This document shows positions 30,304 through 43,014 of a DNA stretch of 64,000 bases, in pieces. Location: the NCBI GenBank assembly GCA_017455975.1, contig JAFTLK010000039.1, positions 6,379 to 70,378 of the forward strand. The letters are read 5' to 3'. Within the stretch, counting starts at the first letter, position 1, and each line of letters begins with the position of its first letter. The notes below the pieces were generated by a model. It had not been told where the DNA came from, ran no database searches, and saw only the letters and a program-made list of their open reading frames with translations. Source of the stretch: Clostridia bacterium (GTDB taxonomy: Bacteria; Bacillota; Clostridia; Oscillospirales; CAG-272). The position numbers and the translations under genes are program-made.

Positions 30304-30873
30304 TCATTCGTTCGGATCGATAAATCCGGCATAGCTCTTCAGGTAATCAATGCCGCTCCACAGCGTCATGATGCCCATGAAGCAGACGGTGATCCACGAT
30401 GCGATGCTGCCGTCCCAGATGATCGGCTCGAGGATCATAACGAGAATTGCGACGATCTGCGACACGGTCTTGACCTTGCCGAGCCAGCTTGCAGCAACGA
30501 CGATCTTCTGCTCGGACGATGCTACAAGCAGACGCAGGGACGTGATGGCAAGCTCACGCAGAATGACGACCAGCGTCACCCATACGAGCACCGCACGCAC
30601 CGATGCATACATATCAGACGCACACATCACAACCAGCATACCAATGACCATGAATTTGTCTGCAAGCGGATCCATAAACTTGCCGAAGTTGGTGATCAGA
30701 TTGTATTTTCTCGCAATTTTGCCGTCGAGCATATCGGTCAGCGCCGTCAGTACAAACAGCACAGCCGCAATGATTCTTGCGACGGTTTCTCCGCCGATCG
30801 GATACAGAATGAATACCATTGCAATCGGTGCCATAATGACACGCAGAAGCGTCAGCTTATTCGGTAAATTCAT
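30304..30873 (-). CDS. pgsA: CDP-diacylglycerol--glycerol-3-phosphate 3-phosphatidyltransferase
   Basis: 189 aa. NKLTLLRV N-terminus and the CDP-alcohol motif DMLDGKIARKYNLITNFGKFMDPLADK. Confidence 0.93.
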   Translation of the reverse strand: MNLPNKLTLLRVIMAPIAMVFILYPIGGETVARIIAAVLFVLTALTDMLDGKIARKYNLITNFGKFMDPLADKFMVIGMLVVMCASDMYASVRAVLVWVTLVVILRELAITSLRLLVASSEQKIVVAASWLGKVKTVSQIVAILVMILEPIIWDGSIASWITVCFMGIMTLWSGIDYLKSYAGFIDPNE

Positions 30874-30898
30874 AACCTTTCCTCACTTTCCCATCGGT

Positions 30899-32251
30899 TC
30901 AGCGATTTCCCTGTACTGCCGCGCCGACCAGATCATAGTCGTCATAGCAGTCGGAAATCTTGACAAGTACAAACTGTCCTTCCTTGAAGCGGGTCTTGCC
31001 AAGCTCATTGGAGAAGAATACCTTGCCGTCGATGTCATATGCATCGGCGTAGGTTCTGCCGAAGTAATTTTCGGATACGGGGTCAAAGCCCTCGACCATG
31101 ACAGTGACGATCTTGCCGACCATCGCCTCCGCCTTCGCACGGCTTCTGTCCGCCTGCTCACGCATCAGAATATCGAGGCGATCCTGCTTGACCTGTTCGT
31201 CAATCTGATCTTCAAAGTCGTAAGCCGGCGTATCCTCCTCGCGGGAATATGCAAACACGCCGACGCGGTCGAAGTCGAGCTTCTTTGCGCCCTCACAGAG
31301 GATCGTGAAGTCCTCCTCCGTCTCCCCCGGGAAGCCGACAATGAAGGTGGAACGGATGACCATGCCCGGCACGGTACGCAGACGCGCAACGGCATCCTCA
31401 ATGGTTTCTCGATTGCCCTTGCGGTTCATACGGCGCAGAATCTTGTCGGAGAGGTGCTGGACCGGCAGGTCGATATACTTGACAAGCCGTGCATTGGTTC
31501 TGAATTCCTCAACCAGTGCATCGGAAATCTTGTCGGGATAGCAGTAAAGAATCCGAATCCACGGAATGTTCGTCTCCGCGGTGATCTTCTGAATCAGCTC
31601 AACGAGCTTGTCTTCACCGTAGATGTCACGTCCGTAAGCCGTCGTATCCTGCGCGATGAGAACCAGCTCTCTTGCGCCGATGTTCTCCATATCCTTTGCC
31701 TCTGCAATCAGCTCCTCCATCGGACGGGAATGGAGTCCGCCGCGGATGCCGGGGATGGCGCAGTAGGTACAGCGGTTGTCGCAGCCCTCTGCGATCTTGA
31801 GATATGCAAGGTATTCGGGGGTGGTGACAACACGGTCGCATGCGGTCTCCATCTTTGCAATGTCCTCAAAGGAGGCATACTGACGCTTGCGCTCAACGGC
31901 TTCAATGGCATCGACGATTTTGTGAAGCGAGCCGACACCGATCAGCGCATCGACCTCCGGCAGCTCCTCAAAGACCTGCTCACGGTAACGCTGTGCCAGA
32001 CAGCCGGTCACAATGATGCCCTTTAAGTTTGCGTTCTTCTTCAGCCATGCTTCATCAAGGATATTGTCGATGGCTTCCTGCTTTGCGCTTTCGATGAACG
32101 CGCAGGTATTGATGATGACAATATCGGCTTCTGTGTCATCGGGCGTGACTTCGTATCCCGCCTTGACAACGTCAGCCAGCATAACCTCGGTGTCCACCTG
32201 ATTTTTCGGACAGCCGAGGGAAATAAATCCGATTTTCGATTTCTTTTTCAT
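30899..32251 (-). CDS. rimO: ribosomal protein S12 methylthiotransferase RimO
   Basis: GFISLGCPKNQVDTE, INTCAFI, the radical SAM cluster EGCDNRCTYCAIP and a TRAM C-terminus. I chose the ATG at 32251 (MKKKSKIGF) over the longer ORF start. Confidence 0.88.
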   Translation of the reverse strand: MKKKSKIGFISLGCPKNQVDTEVMLADVVKAGYEVTPDDTEADIVIINTCAFIESAKQEAIDNILDEAWLKKNANLKGIIVTGCLAQRYREQVFEELPEVDALIGVGSLHKIVDAIEAVERKRQYASFEDIAKMETACDRVVTTPEYLAYLKIAEGCDNRCTYCAIPGIRGGLHSRPMEELIAEAKDMENIGARELVLIAQDTTAYGRDIYGEDKLVELIQKITAETNIPWIRILYCYPDKISDALVEEFRTNARLVKYIDLPVQHLSDKILRRMNRKGNRETIEDAVARLRTVPGMVIRSTFIVGFPGETEEDFTILCEGAKKLDFDRVGVFAYSREEDTPAYDFEDQIDEQVKQDRLDILMREQADRSRAKAEAMVGKIVTVMVEGFDPVSENYFGRTYADAYDIDGKVFFSNELGKTRFKEGQFVLVKISDCYDDYDLVGAAVQGNR

Positions 32252-32353
32252 GTTTTTACTGCTTTCTATTAGTTTGGGAAATAGGAATGGATAGGAATCG
32301 ATGACATTGAAAAATGATGCACACAAGGCTCCCTCCCCGAGGGAGGCTTATTC

Positions 32354-33034
32354 CTAAAAATCGTCCACGGTATCCATCTGCACCGCTTTCAGCGCGCGGT
32401 TGATCTCATCCATGGAAAATCCGTATCGCAGCAGAGATGACACCTGCTTTTTCTTCTTTTCGGGCGTGGAAAATGCATCAGCTCCAAGTTTTTTCACGCG
32501 TTCCGTGGCAGCCGCATCAAAGTCAAGCTCCGCCGCACAATCCTCAAACACCGCATTGACCGTTTCCTCGGAAAATCCCTTGTTGTAGACCTCCTGCCGG
32601 ATGCGGCGCAGACCGTATTTTTTCCGCTCACAGAGCTGTTCCATCAAACGGCGCAGATGATCTTCCTCATTGATGTAGTGTTTTTCCACACAGAAGCGCA
32701 CAGCCTCTGCCGCAGCTTCTCTGGAAAACCCCTTCTGCCGCAGCTTTTCGCTGAGTTTTTTTGAGGTATTGTCGCCGAATGCAAGGAATGACACAGCTTT
32801 GATCGCGGCACCCGAGCATTCCTCCGCAAATTCCAGCGCCTCGAATTTTTCCGCACCGAGGAAGTCACCGACGGAAGGCAAAATCCCGGAAAAAACCGGA
32901 TTTTTGAGAAAATATCGGAACACAGAAAAGGTTCTGATCTCCTCATGCTGTCCGGTCGACAGTTTGACTGTAATCAGAAATTTTCCGCGGCTTCCCTCGG
33001 ATGCCTGTACGTCGGTTACTGTGATCAGAATCAT
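32354..33034 (-). CDS. recX: recombination regulator RecX
   Basis: 226 aa. Three-helix repeats of the type SKKLSEKLRQKGFSREAAAEAV and RIRQEVYNKGFSEETVNAVF. Immediately downstream of recA. Confidence 0.85.
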   Translation of the reverse strand: MILITVTDVQASEGSRGKFLITVKLSTGQHEEIRTFSVFRYFLKNPVFSGILPSVGDFLGAEKFEALEFAEECSGAAIKAVSFLAFGDNTSKKLSEKLRQKGFSREAAAEAVRFCVEKHYINEEDHLRRLMEQLCERKKYGLRRIRQEVYNKGFSEETVNAVFEDCAAELDFDAAATERVKKLGADAFSTPEKKKKQVSSLLRYGFSMDEINRALKAVQMDTVDDF

Positions 33035-33043
33035 GGTTAAATA

Positions 33044-34198
33044 TCAGTCGCCGTCGATGTCGGTGAGCTTGATGGAAAAGTCGCCGTCATCATCATCTTC
33101 TTCCTCAGATGCGTCGAAGAGTTCATCTTCTTCATCCTCATCGTCATCTGCTTCTTCACGGAAGAGATCCTCGTTCTTCATGCTCTTGATCTTGTCTTCG
33201 ATCTCCTTCATCAGATCAGGATTATCTTCGATGAACTTGCGTGCATTTTCCTTACCCTGACCGATACGCTCGCCGTTATAAGAGAACCAGGAGCCGCTCT
33301 TCTGGACAACCTCCAACGCCGTTGCAATCTCAATGATCTCGGACGATTTGGAAATGCCTTTACCGTACAGAATATCAAATTCCGCGATACGGAAGGGCGG
33401 TGCAACCTTGTTCTTGACGATCTTGACCTTGACATGGTTGCCGTATGCTTCGTCGCCGTTCTTCAGATTTTCCGTCTTTCTGACATCCATTCTGACAGAT
33501 GCATAGAACTTCAGCGCCTTACCGCCGGTGGTAACCTCAGGGTTGCCGTACATGACGCCGACCTTTTCACGGAGCTGGTTGATGAAGATGACAACACAGT
33601 TGGTCTTCGCAATCGCACCTGCGAGCTTACGGAGCGCCTGGCTCATCAGTCTTGCCTGCAGACCGACATGGGATGCACCCATATCGCCGTCGATTTCCTG
33701 CTGCGGAACGAGCGCCGCGACAGAGTCGACGACAACGACGTCAATCGCGCCGGAGCGGACGAGGGCATCTGTGATTTCCAGTGCATCTTCACCGCAGTCG
33801 GGCTGGGAGACGAGCAGGTCGTTGATATTGACACCGAGTGCCTTTGCATATAAGGGATCGAGCGCGTGTTCCGCGTCGATGAATGCCGCCTCACCGCCCA
33901 TCTTCTGGGTTTCGGCGATGATATGCAGAGCAACGGTCGTCTTACCGGAGGATTCCGGACCGTAGATTTCGACGATACGTCCTCTCGGAACACCGCCGAT
34001 ACCAAGCGCCAGGTCCAGCGTCAAGGAACCGGTCGGGATCGCCTGTACATTCATATTGACATTGTCGCCAAGACGCATGATGCTGCCGGCACCCTTTGCC
34101 TTTTTGATCTGGGAAATCGCGGTATCAAGCGCTTTTCTTTTTTCGTCGGGATTTTCAATCGCGGTGACGGTTTCGGGCTTTTTGCTCTTTGTTGCCAT
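33044..34198 (-). CDS. recA: recombinase RecA with an extended acidic tail
   Basis: 384 aa. [16 protein letters not shown] Walker A and full-length RecA similarity. C-terminal [26 protein letters not shown]. Confidence 0.98.
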   Translation of the reverse strand: MATKSKKPETVTAIENPDEKRKALDTAISQIKKAKGAGSIMRLGDNVNMNVQAIPTGSLTLDLALGIGGVPRGRIVEIYGPESSGKTTVALHIIAETQKMGGEAAFIDAEHALDPLYAKALGVNINDLLVSQPDCGEDALEITDALVRSGAIDVVVVDSVAALVPQQEIDGDMGASHVGLQARLMSQALRKLAGAIAKTNCVVIFINQLREKVGVMYGNPEVTTGGKALKFYASVRMDVRKTENLKNGDEAYGNHVKVKIVKNKVAPPFRIAEFDILYGKGISKSSEIIEIATALEVVQKSGSWFSYNGERIGQGKENARKFIEDNPDLMKEIEDKIKSMKNEDLFREEADDDEDEEDELFDASEEEDDDDGDFSIKLTDIDGD

Positions 34199-34253
34199 GT
34201 TGTATATTCTCCTCTTATTTCAGAAAATTCATTACAGATGTTTGATATCACAG

Positions 34254-34265
34254 GAACATTTATTC
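34254..34265 (-). promoter_or_regulatory. candidate LexA (SOS) operator of recA
   Basis: Plus strand GAACATTTATTC (minus strand GAATAAATGTTC), inside the palindrome CAGGAA-N6-TTCCTG. It has one mismatch to GAAC-N4-GTTC and lies 10 nt downstream of the predicted -10. Confidence 0.5.
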
Positions 34266-34275
34266 CTGCAACATC

Positions 34276-34304
34276 ATTATACAGCATTTTTGACTGTCAT
34301 GCAA
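34276..34304 (-). promoter_or_regulatory. candidate sigma-A promoter of recA
   Basis: On the minus strand: TTGCAT (34299-34304), a 17-nt spacer, then TATAAT (34276-34281). Confidence 0.55.
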
Positions 34305-34372
34305 GAGGTATTCCGAAATTGCTTCTTTTTTTACAATTCTTTCATGTTTTGTTCGGCGATATTGTGAAAAAA

Positions 34373-36970
34373 TCAGATATCGTCCTCGTCGCCTGATTCT
34401 TCGGTTTCCAGTTCCAGAAGCTCGATTTCCTCATCTTCTGCCGCAGAAACCGCGATTTCGGGCAGTTCCGGTTCATCGGCAATCAGCTCTGCATTCTGTT
34501 CCGCTTCTTTTGCAGCCTGCTCTTCATCCTTGACAGCAGCGAAGTTGACGACGTGTGCACCGTCGGATGTGCGCATGACGATGACACCCTGCGACGGTCT
34601 GCCGCAGACACGGATATCGGAAACAGGCGTACGAATCATCGTACCCTCGTTTGTAATCATCATGACATCATCTTCCATAGAAACAGCCGCGATACCGCAC
34701 AGAAGTCCGGTCTTCTCGGTGATGGCATGGCAGACGATACCCTTACCGCCTCTGCCGTGTCTGGAATATTCGTCAAACGGCGTGAGCTTGCCGTAGCCGT
34801 TTTCGGTGATGGACAGAAGCATTGCATTCTCACGGACAACCGCCGCACCGGTGATATAGTCACCATCGGCAAGCGTCATGCCGCGGACACCTCTGGCACC
34901 GCGTCCCATGACACGCGCCTGATCCTCGCGGAAGCGGATCGCCTGACCGTTGTGCGATGCAAGAATGACTTCATCCTCACCGCAGGTCTTGCAGACAAAG
35001 TCAAGCGAGTCGCCCTCGTCAAGATCGACCGCGATCTTACCGCCGCGTCTCTGGTATTCAAATTCCTTGACCGCGACACGCTTGATAACACCGTGTCTCG
35101 TTGCCATCATCAGATACTCATCTTCATTGAATGCGGGCAGATCGATGATTGCAGTTACCTTTTCGCCCTCGGACAGCTCCAGCACGTTGACGACGCTGGT
35201 ACCCTTGGCAGTACGTCCTGCCTCGGGAATCTGGTATGCCTTGCGTACGTACACACGTCCGAGATTGGTGAACATGAGCAGGAATGCGTGGCTGGGCACG
35301 ATATGGACATCGTCTACCACGTCTTCTTCCTTGGTCGTCATACCGATGATACCCTTACCGCCGCGCTTCTGTGCAACATAGGTATCTGCCGGCTGACGCT
35401 TGATATAACCGGACTGCGTCATCGTGATGACACAGGTATGGCGCTCAATGAGGTCCTCGAGGACGATCTCGTTTTCTGCGGCGACAATCTCGGTTCTGCG
35501 TTCGTCTGCATACTTGCGCTTGATTTCGAGCATTTCATCCTTGATGATCTGGTGGATGCGTCCCTCGCTTGACAGAATGTCGCGCAGCTCCTGAATGAGT
35601 GCTTCCTTTTCCTTCAGTTCGTCCTGAATCTTGATGCGTTCCAGACCGGCCAGCTTACCGAGCGTCATATCGACGATCGCCTGTGCCTGCGGATCGGTCA
35701 GATTGAATGTATCCATCAGGGCGACCTTGGCATCGTTTACCGATGCATTGGAACGGATGATGCGGATGACCTCATCAATGTTCTCAATGGCGATCATCTG
35801 ACCTTCGAGGATATGTGCACGGTTGAGTGCCTTATCCAGGTCGAAGCGGACACGGCGTTCGATGACCGTTTCCTGATGCTTGATATAGTGATGCAGAATC
35901 TGCGGCAGGGAGAGGCACTTCGGCTCGCCGTTCACCAGCGCAATCATATTGACCGCAAACGTATCCTGCAGCTGGGTGTATTTATAGAACTGGTTCAGAA
36001 TGACCTGACCGTTGGCATCGCGGCGGTATTCAATGACGATGCGCATACCGGCACGTCCGGATTCGTCGCGCATATCGGTGACACCGTCAATGCGCTTGTC
36101 GTTGACGAGATCTGCCATCGACTTGATGAGCATGGACTTATTGACGGCATACGGAATTTCGGTGATGATGATGCGGTGGTGTTCCTCGTCAATTTCCGCC
36201 TTGGAGCGCACCATAACGTGTCCCTTACCGGTCGTATACGCCTGCAGAATGCCCTGCGTGCCGTAAATGGTCGCATACGTCGGGAAGTCCGGACCCTTGA
36301 TATACTGCATGATATCGGAAACCGTCGCGTCGGGATGCTCCATGTAGTAAATCGTACCGTCGATGACCTCGCCGAGGTTATGCGGCGGGATGTTGGTCGC
36401 CATACCGACGGCAATACCGACCGAGCCGTTGACTAAGAGGTTGGGGAAGCGTGCGGGCAGGACATCGGGTTCCTTTAACTTGTTATCGAAGTTCGGGGAG
36501 AACGGAACGACGTCCTTTTCGATGTTTTCCAGCATCTCATTGGAGATTTTCGCCATTCTCGCTTCCGTATAACGGTATGCAGCGGCACCGTCACCGTCGA
36601 CGTTACCGAAGTTACCGTGACCTTCAATCAGCGGATAGCGCATCGAGAAGTCCTGCGCCATACGAACCATCGTATCGTAAACCGCGACGTCACCGTGCGG
36701 ATGGTACCGACCGAGCACGTTACCGACGGTCGTTGCCGACTTGCGGAACGGCTTGTCGGAGGTCAGATGATCCTCGTACATCGCATACAGAATGCGTCTG
36801 TGGACAGGCTTCAGACCGTCTCGGACGTCCGGCAATGCACGCGCGACGATGACGCTCATCGAGTATTCGATGAACGATTTTTTCACTTCCGTATCCATGC
36901 GGATCGGAAGAATTTTCTGATTCTCAAAGATAATTTCCTTTGACAATTCGGGTTTTGCTTTTTTTGCCAT
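34373..36970 (-). CDS. gyrA: DNA gyrase subunit A
   Basis: 865 aa. [23 protein letters not shown], the active-site region [11 protein letters not shown], beta-pinwheel repeats and an acidic tail. Confidence 0.98.
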   Translation of the reverse strand: MAKKAKPELSKEIIFENQKILPIRMDTEVKKSFIEYSMSVIVARALPDVRDGLKPVHRRILYAMYEDHLTSDKPFRKSATTVGNVLGRYHPHGDVAVYDTMVRMAQDFSMRYPLIEGHGNFGNVDGDGAAAYRYTEARMAKISNEMLENIEKDVVPFSPNFDNKLKEPDVLPARFPNLLVNGSVGIAVGMATNIPPHNLGEVIDGTIYYMEHPDATVSDIMQYIKGPDFPTYATIYGTQGILQAYTTGKGHVMVRSKAEIDEEHHRIIITEIPYAVNKSMLIKSMADLVNDKRIDGVTDMRDESGRAGMRIVIEYRRDANGQVILNQFYKYTQLQDTFAVNMIALVNGEPKCLSLPQILHHYIKHQETVIERRVRFDLDKALNRAHILEGQMIAIENIDEVIRIIRSNASVNDAKVALMDTFNLTDPQAQAIVDMTLGKLAGLERIKIQDELKEKEALIQELRDILSSEGRIHQIIKDEMLEIKRKYADERRTEIVAAENEIVLEDLIERHTCVITMTQSGYIKRQPADTYVAQKRGGKGIIGMTTKEEDVVDDVHIVPSHAFLLMFTNLGRVYVRKAYQIPEAGRTAKGTSVVNVLELSEGEKVTAIIDLPAFNEDEYLMMATRHGVIKRVAVKEFEYQRRGGKIAVDLDEGDSLDFVCKTCGEDEVILASHNGQAIRFREDQARVMGRGARGVRGMTLADGDYITGAAVVRENAMLLSITENGYGKLTPFDEYSRHGRGGKGIVCHAITEKTGLLCGIAAVSMEDDVMMITNEGTMIRTPVSDIRVCGRPSQGVIVMRTSDGAHVVNFAAVKDEEQAAKEAEQNAELIADEPELPEIAVSAAEDEEIELLELETEESGDEDDI

Positions 36971-37016
36971 TTTTCTATCCTATCCTTTTTCGGTATCTCA
37001 CTGCTGTGAATACCGA

Positions 37017-37994
37017 TTATATATCAAGTTTCTCGGCATGAACGAGATCGACAAAGCGCATCATGCCGTTTTTGTCGGGCATATGGGTTCCTGCAAGCTC
37101 CACCTTCGCGGCAGCCGCCGACGATGCGAAGCACAGCGCGGACTCGATATCGTGTCCGTTCTTTTCGTATGCGAATACAAACGATGCAAGGAACGTATCC
37201 CCGGCACCGGTAAAGCCGCGCAGGGTCACATGCGGTGCATTGACGTAGTACGCGCCCTCCTCGCCCGTGAACACAGCACCGTCCGCGCCGAGCGTACACA
37301 GGACATTGGAGCCGTACTGCGCACAGATGCGGCGGGATGCCTTTGCGGCGGCAACCGCCTTTTCCTTTGCGTCACGCCCGGTGATCTCATAGCCGATCAG
37401 CTCCGACAGCTCATGGGCATTGGGCTTGATGAGCCACGGGGAGCCTTCCAGTCCTGTCTTCAGCGCCTCGCCGTCCGCGTCGAGAATGAAGCGCACCGGG
37501 CTGTCTGCAAACATGGAAATGATCTCACGGTAAAGCCCACGGTCAAGCCCTGCCGGAATACTGCCGCCGGCAAAGAGAATACCGTCCTCGCCATCCCGTT
37601 CACATTCTGCAAGGAAGTCTGTCAGCTGTTTTTTCAGAGCAGCATATTCGCCGTCGAGAATCGGTCCTCCGGCTTCATTTGCCTCGGTGCAGACGCCGTC
37701 CGCATCGATGAGCTTGATGCACATGCGGGTATCGCAGGACGTTTCGGTAAATACCGCCCGGATGTCCTCCCGTTCAAGCAGGGAATGCAGCAGTGCGCCC
37801 GTTTCGCCGCCGGAAAACCCATAGGCTGATGCGCGGATGCCGAGTCTGCGGTAAATGCGCGCGACGTTGATGCCCTTGCCGCCGGCATTGATCATGGCAT
37901 ACGCGGCACGGTTGAGTTCTCCCGTCTGAAAAGCACTATTGAAATACAGGGTTTTATCAATACAGGGATTGAGTGTCAATGTTGCGATTTTCAT
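37017..37994 (-). CDS. PfkB-family sugar-phosphate kinase (1-phosphofructokinase / tagatose-6-phosphate kinase type)
   Basis: LTLNPCIDKT, NAGGKGINVAR and a C-terminal GAGDTF motif. The ATG at 37994 is preferred (the ORF track starts at a TTG at 38000). Confidence 0.85.
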   Translation of the reverse strand: MKIATLTLNPCIDKTLYFNSAFQTGELNRAAYAMINAGGKGINVARIYRRLGIRASAYGFSGGETGALLHSLLEREDIRAVFTETSCDTRMCIKLIDADGVCTEANEAGGPILDGEYAALKKQLTDFLAECERDGEDGILFAGGSIPAGLDRGLYREIISMFADSPVRFILDADGEALKTGLEGSPWLIKPNAHELSELIGYEITGRDAKEKAVAAAKASRRICAQYGSNVLCTLGADGAVFTGEEGAYYVNAPHVTLRGFTGAGDTFLASFVFAYEKNGHDIESALCFASSAAAAKVELAGTHMPDKNGMMRFVDLVHAEKLDI

Positions 37995-38006
37995 TGGCAA
38001 TCCCCG

Positions 38007-40004
<1,998 letters not shown>

Positions 40005-40089
40005 TTACGGTTGACATCATTCCCATTTTGGGAAGGTCAATCCGTGCGAACCGTTACCGTATTCTCCAACCGAAACTGCCATCAATTTC

Positions 40090-40428
40090 TCAATTGAATC
40101 CTCCCTCGCGTCCAACCAGTGTGGACGGTGAAAACTGAGAAAGCACGACTCCGGTTTCTTCCGGTTCTTTTTCTTTCATTCCCGGCTTTAAGCGCCGTTT
40201 TTCGGCAATGATAACAAACGATTTCGGAAGCTCATCGCCTGCGATGCTGACCTCACCGCGCTTCTGCGCTGTGTTCAGAAATTTCTTTGTCACGGGAGAC
40301 ACGGTCGCGGTGTCCATATCGAAGATGCCGAGGATGTTCTCCGTCGGCACGGACATACCGGCACCGAGGGACAACCGACGCCAGCGCTCCGACATGCCCC
40401 CCGCCTCACAGGAAAACAGCCGCTTCAT
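40090..40428 (-). CDS. remB: DUF370 protein RemB (YaaB-like)
   Basis: ENILGIFDMDTATVSPVTKKFL and LSQFSPSTL resemble RemB. Canonical recF-remB-gyrB position. The ATG at 40428 overlaps the recF stop (ATGA). Confidence 0.7.
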   Translation of the reverse strand: MKRLFSCEAGGMSERWRRLSLGAGMSVPTENILGIFDMDTATVSPVTKKFLNTAQKRGEVSIAGDELPKSFVIIAEKRRLKPGMKEKEPEETGVVLSQFSPSTLVGREGGFN

Positions 40429-41588
40429 TCCTCTTCCGCCTCCTGTTCCTCCTGCCCCTGTCCGGGATGCAGTACGGGACATGCCATTTCATAGCAGCCC
40501 TCGTCGACATGAATCATATTGACATCCATGCCGGAGAACAGCGATTCATTGCACGAAGTCATGATGACCTGACGTCCGCCGAGCCGCTGCATCAGATACT
40601 GCTGACGTCTTGAATCAAGCTCACTCAATACATCATCAAAGAGGAACACGGGATATTCACCGGTGGCAGCACGGGAAAGCTCACCCTCACCAAGCTTCAT
40701 GGCAAGGGCAATGGAGCGATCCTGTCCCTGACTGGCATACAGCTTCGCCTCACGCCCGTCAAGGGTGATCTGAATGTCATCTCTGTGGCATCCGTGCAGG
40801 GTTGTCTGTGCGGCAAATTCTCTGTGTGCATAAGACATGCACTTTTCGTAGAATGCCCGTGAGATATCCGCGCCGTTCTCGCCGTAAAGGTCCGGCTGTG
40901 CATCACACTGGTAGGAAAGTGACGCATGCTCGCGGCCGCAGGTCATATCTTCAAGAAATCCGCCGACCGAGGTATCAAGAAGCTTTATATATTTCATGCG
41001 CGTCAGCACGATGCGTGTATTCAGCTCCGCCATCTGTACAGTCAGAACATCAAGCAGCGGCATCCGTGAACGCTCGTCCCTGTCTTCCTGCTTGAGCAGC
41101 GCATTGCGCTGCTTAAGGACCGACGCATAATCGGTCAGCGCCGCAAGGTATGCAGGCCGCAGCTGGCTGATGGCCGCATCGAGAAACGACCGCCGCAGAG
41201 CAGGCGCCCCTTTGATCATGGCAAGGTGCTCCGGGCAGAACAGAACGCCGTGAAACGTTCCGACAAAGTCTGCAGACTTTCGTATTGCCACGCCGTTTTT
41301 CTTCATCTGACGGCTCTTTGCTCGGAACAGCTGCAAGGACAGCTGCTGCTCCCGCCGCGCATCGGTAAAGCACAGCTCCAGCCCGCCGCTGTCCGCGCCG
41401 AAGCGCAGAAGCTCTCTGTCATGCACGCCGCGGAAGGACTTCCCGCAGGCAAAGCAGTAGATCCCCTCAAGCGCATTGGTCTTGCCCTGCGCATTGTTGC
41501 CCCACAGAATGTTGACCCCCGGGGAGAAGACAAGCTCTGCCTGCTCGATGTTGCGGAAATTCCGGTAGGTAATGGTATTGACGTTCAT
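40425..41588 (-). CDS. recF: DNA replication and repair protein RecF
   Basis: 387 aa. YRNFRNIEQAELVFSPGVNILWGNNAQGKTN Walker A, the signature LYASQGQDRS, and FLFDDVLSELD. Confidence 0.95.
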   Translation of the reverse strand: MNVNTITYRNFRNIEQAELVFSPGVNILWGNNAQGKTNALEGIYCFACGKSFRGVHDRELLRFGADSGGLELCFTDARREQQLSLQLFRAKSRQMKKNGVAIRKSADFVGTFHGVLFCPEHLAMIKGAPALRRSFLDAAISQLRPAYLAALTDYASVLKQRNALLKQEDRDERSRMPLLDVLTVQMAELNTRIVLTRMKYIKLLDTSVGGFLEDMTCGREHASLSYQCDAQPDLYGENGADISRAFYEKCMSYAHREFAAQTTLHGCHRDDIQITLDGREAKLYASQGQDRSIALAMKLGEGELSRAATGEYPVFLFDDVLSELDSRRQQYLMQRLGGRQVIMTSCNESLFSGMDVNMIHVDEGCYEMACPVLHPGQGQEEQEAEEE

Positions 41589-41600
41589 CTGCGGCCGTGA

Positions 41601-42797
41601 TCACTCTCTGAGGTGACACGGCACTGCGAGGTGCGTGTACTTTTCGGAAATCACGCCGGTGTTTTCTTTTTTCTTTTCGAAGGATGCGATTTCATCCTCG
41701 GTCAGCTTTTCCTCATCCGCCGTAATGACCATGGAGACAAGCGGGCTGACAAGTGCAAGCTTGATATATTCTGTGTCACATGCGCGCAGAGCATCGAGCA
41801 GGTAACGGCAGTTGAAGCCGATCTTCAGATCGGGACCGGTCTTCTCAACCGGAATCTCATCGTTGACAGTTCCGTTGACAGAGACGGCAGATACACGAAG
41901 CACCTGATCCTCGAATGTGAACTTGACAGAGCTCTTGGTCTGTCCCGCTCCCTTTTCTTCGGTCACGAGCGATGCTCTCTCAAGAGACTCACGCAGAGCA
42001 TCACACGGCAGGGATGCAAACGTTGCAGGGCTCTTGGGGATGAACTTTTCATAATTGACATATTCTGCATCGATCAGACGTGAGAAGAAGCAGATGTTGT
42101 CCATGGTGAACATGATATGCTTGCCGGTTGCCCGGATGGAAACGAGACTTGTGTCGTCGTGCAGCATTTTGAGCAGCTCGGAGACGGTCTTGCCGGGAAC
42201 GATGATGGCGATGTCCAGCTCTTCCTCGCCGATGTTGTTTTCAAACTTCATTTCCTTTTCGCAGACCGCCAGACGGAAGGAGTCGGAGGAAACGAGCGTC
42301 AGCTTGTTGTCGCGGATCTTGAAGAAGATACCGTTGAGCGCAGGTCTGGGTTCATTGACAGCGACTGCATACAGGGTCTTTGTCATGGCATCGCGCAGCT
42401 CACACTGCGGCATTGTGAAGCCCCAGTCACCGTCCAGAGACGGCATGTTCGGAAATTCCTCGCCGGGCATTGCATTGATGGTGAATTCGCTCTTGCCGCT
42501 GGTGATGCGCGCACGCATCTTTTCACCGACTTCAATGCGGATATCCTCCGGCATGGAGCGGATGATCTGGTTCAGCTTCTGACCGTTGATGATGTAGGAG
42601 CCGGGTTCTTCAACACGGCCCTGCAGTGTGCAGCGGATCCCTTTTTCAAGGTCAAAGGAATTGAGAATACAGGTACCGTCTGCCTCAGCTGTAATGCAGA
42701 TGCCTTCAATGGATGTGATTGTGTTCTTGTTGGATACCGCAGACATGGCAGGTGTTACTGCGGCGCTCAGAATTTCTTTATCAAATGTGACGATCAT
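41601..42797 (-). CDS. dnaN: DNA polymerase III beta sliding clamp
   Basis: 398 aa. Three-domain clamp pattern immediately downstream of dnaA and oriC. AGGAG RBS. Confidence 0.95.
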   Translation of the reverse strand: MIVTFDKEILSAAVTPAMSAVSNKNTITSIEGICITAEADGTCILNSFDLEKGIRCTLQGRVEEPGSYIINGQKLNQIIRSMPEDIRIEVGEKMRARITSGKSEFTINAMPGEEFPNMPSLDGDWGFTMPQCELRDAMTKTLYAVAVNEPRPALNGIFFKIRDNKLTLVSSDSFRLAVCEKEMKFENNIGEEELDIAIIVPGKTVSELLKMLHDDTSLVSIRATGKHIMFTMDNICFFSRLIDAEYVNYEKFIPKSPATFASLPCDALRESLERASLVTEEKGAGQTKSSVKFTFEDQVLRVSAVSVNGTVNDEIPVEKTGPDLKIGFNCRYLLDALRACDTEYIKLALVSPLVSMVITADEEKLTEDEIASFEKKKENTGVISEKYTHLAVPCHLRE

Positions 42798-42961
42798 GGA
42801 TGGTTTCTCCTTTTTGTCGGTGGTATGATAAGATCGGATATTGTGTTTGGGTTATTGTTCTTTTGTTTGATTCAAATCTTTGTATCGGGGCTAAAATCGG
42901 ACAAACCAACAATCAACAACCATACAGCCCCCTGTCAGAGTGCTTCCGCGCAAGCGGAAGA

Positions 42962-43014
42962 CAAGAATAAGATAAGAATAAAGGGGAGTAGCAGCAGTAG
43001 CCGCAGTAGGGTCC
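42962..43014. promoter_or_regulatory. candidate DnaA-trio array plus AT-rich unwinding tract and GC clamp
   Basis: 16 consecutive in-phase triplets from 42962 to 43009: CAA GAA TAA GAT AAG AAT AAA GGG GAG TAG CAG CAG TAG CCG CAG TAG. 14 of the 16 have a central A. They are followed by GGTCC (43010-14) and then a tandem DnaA-box pair. Confidence 0.55.
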
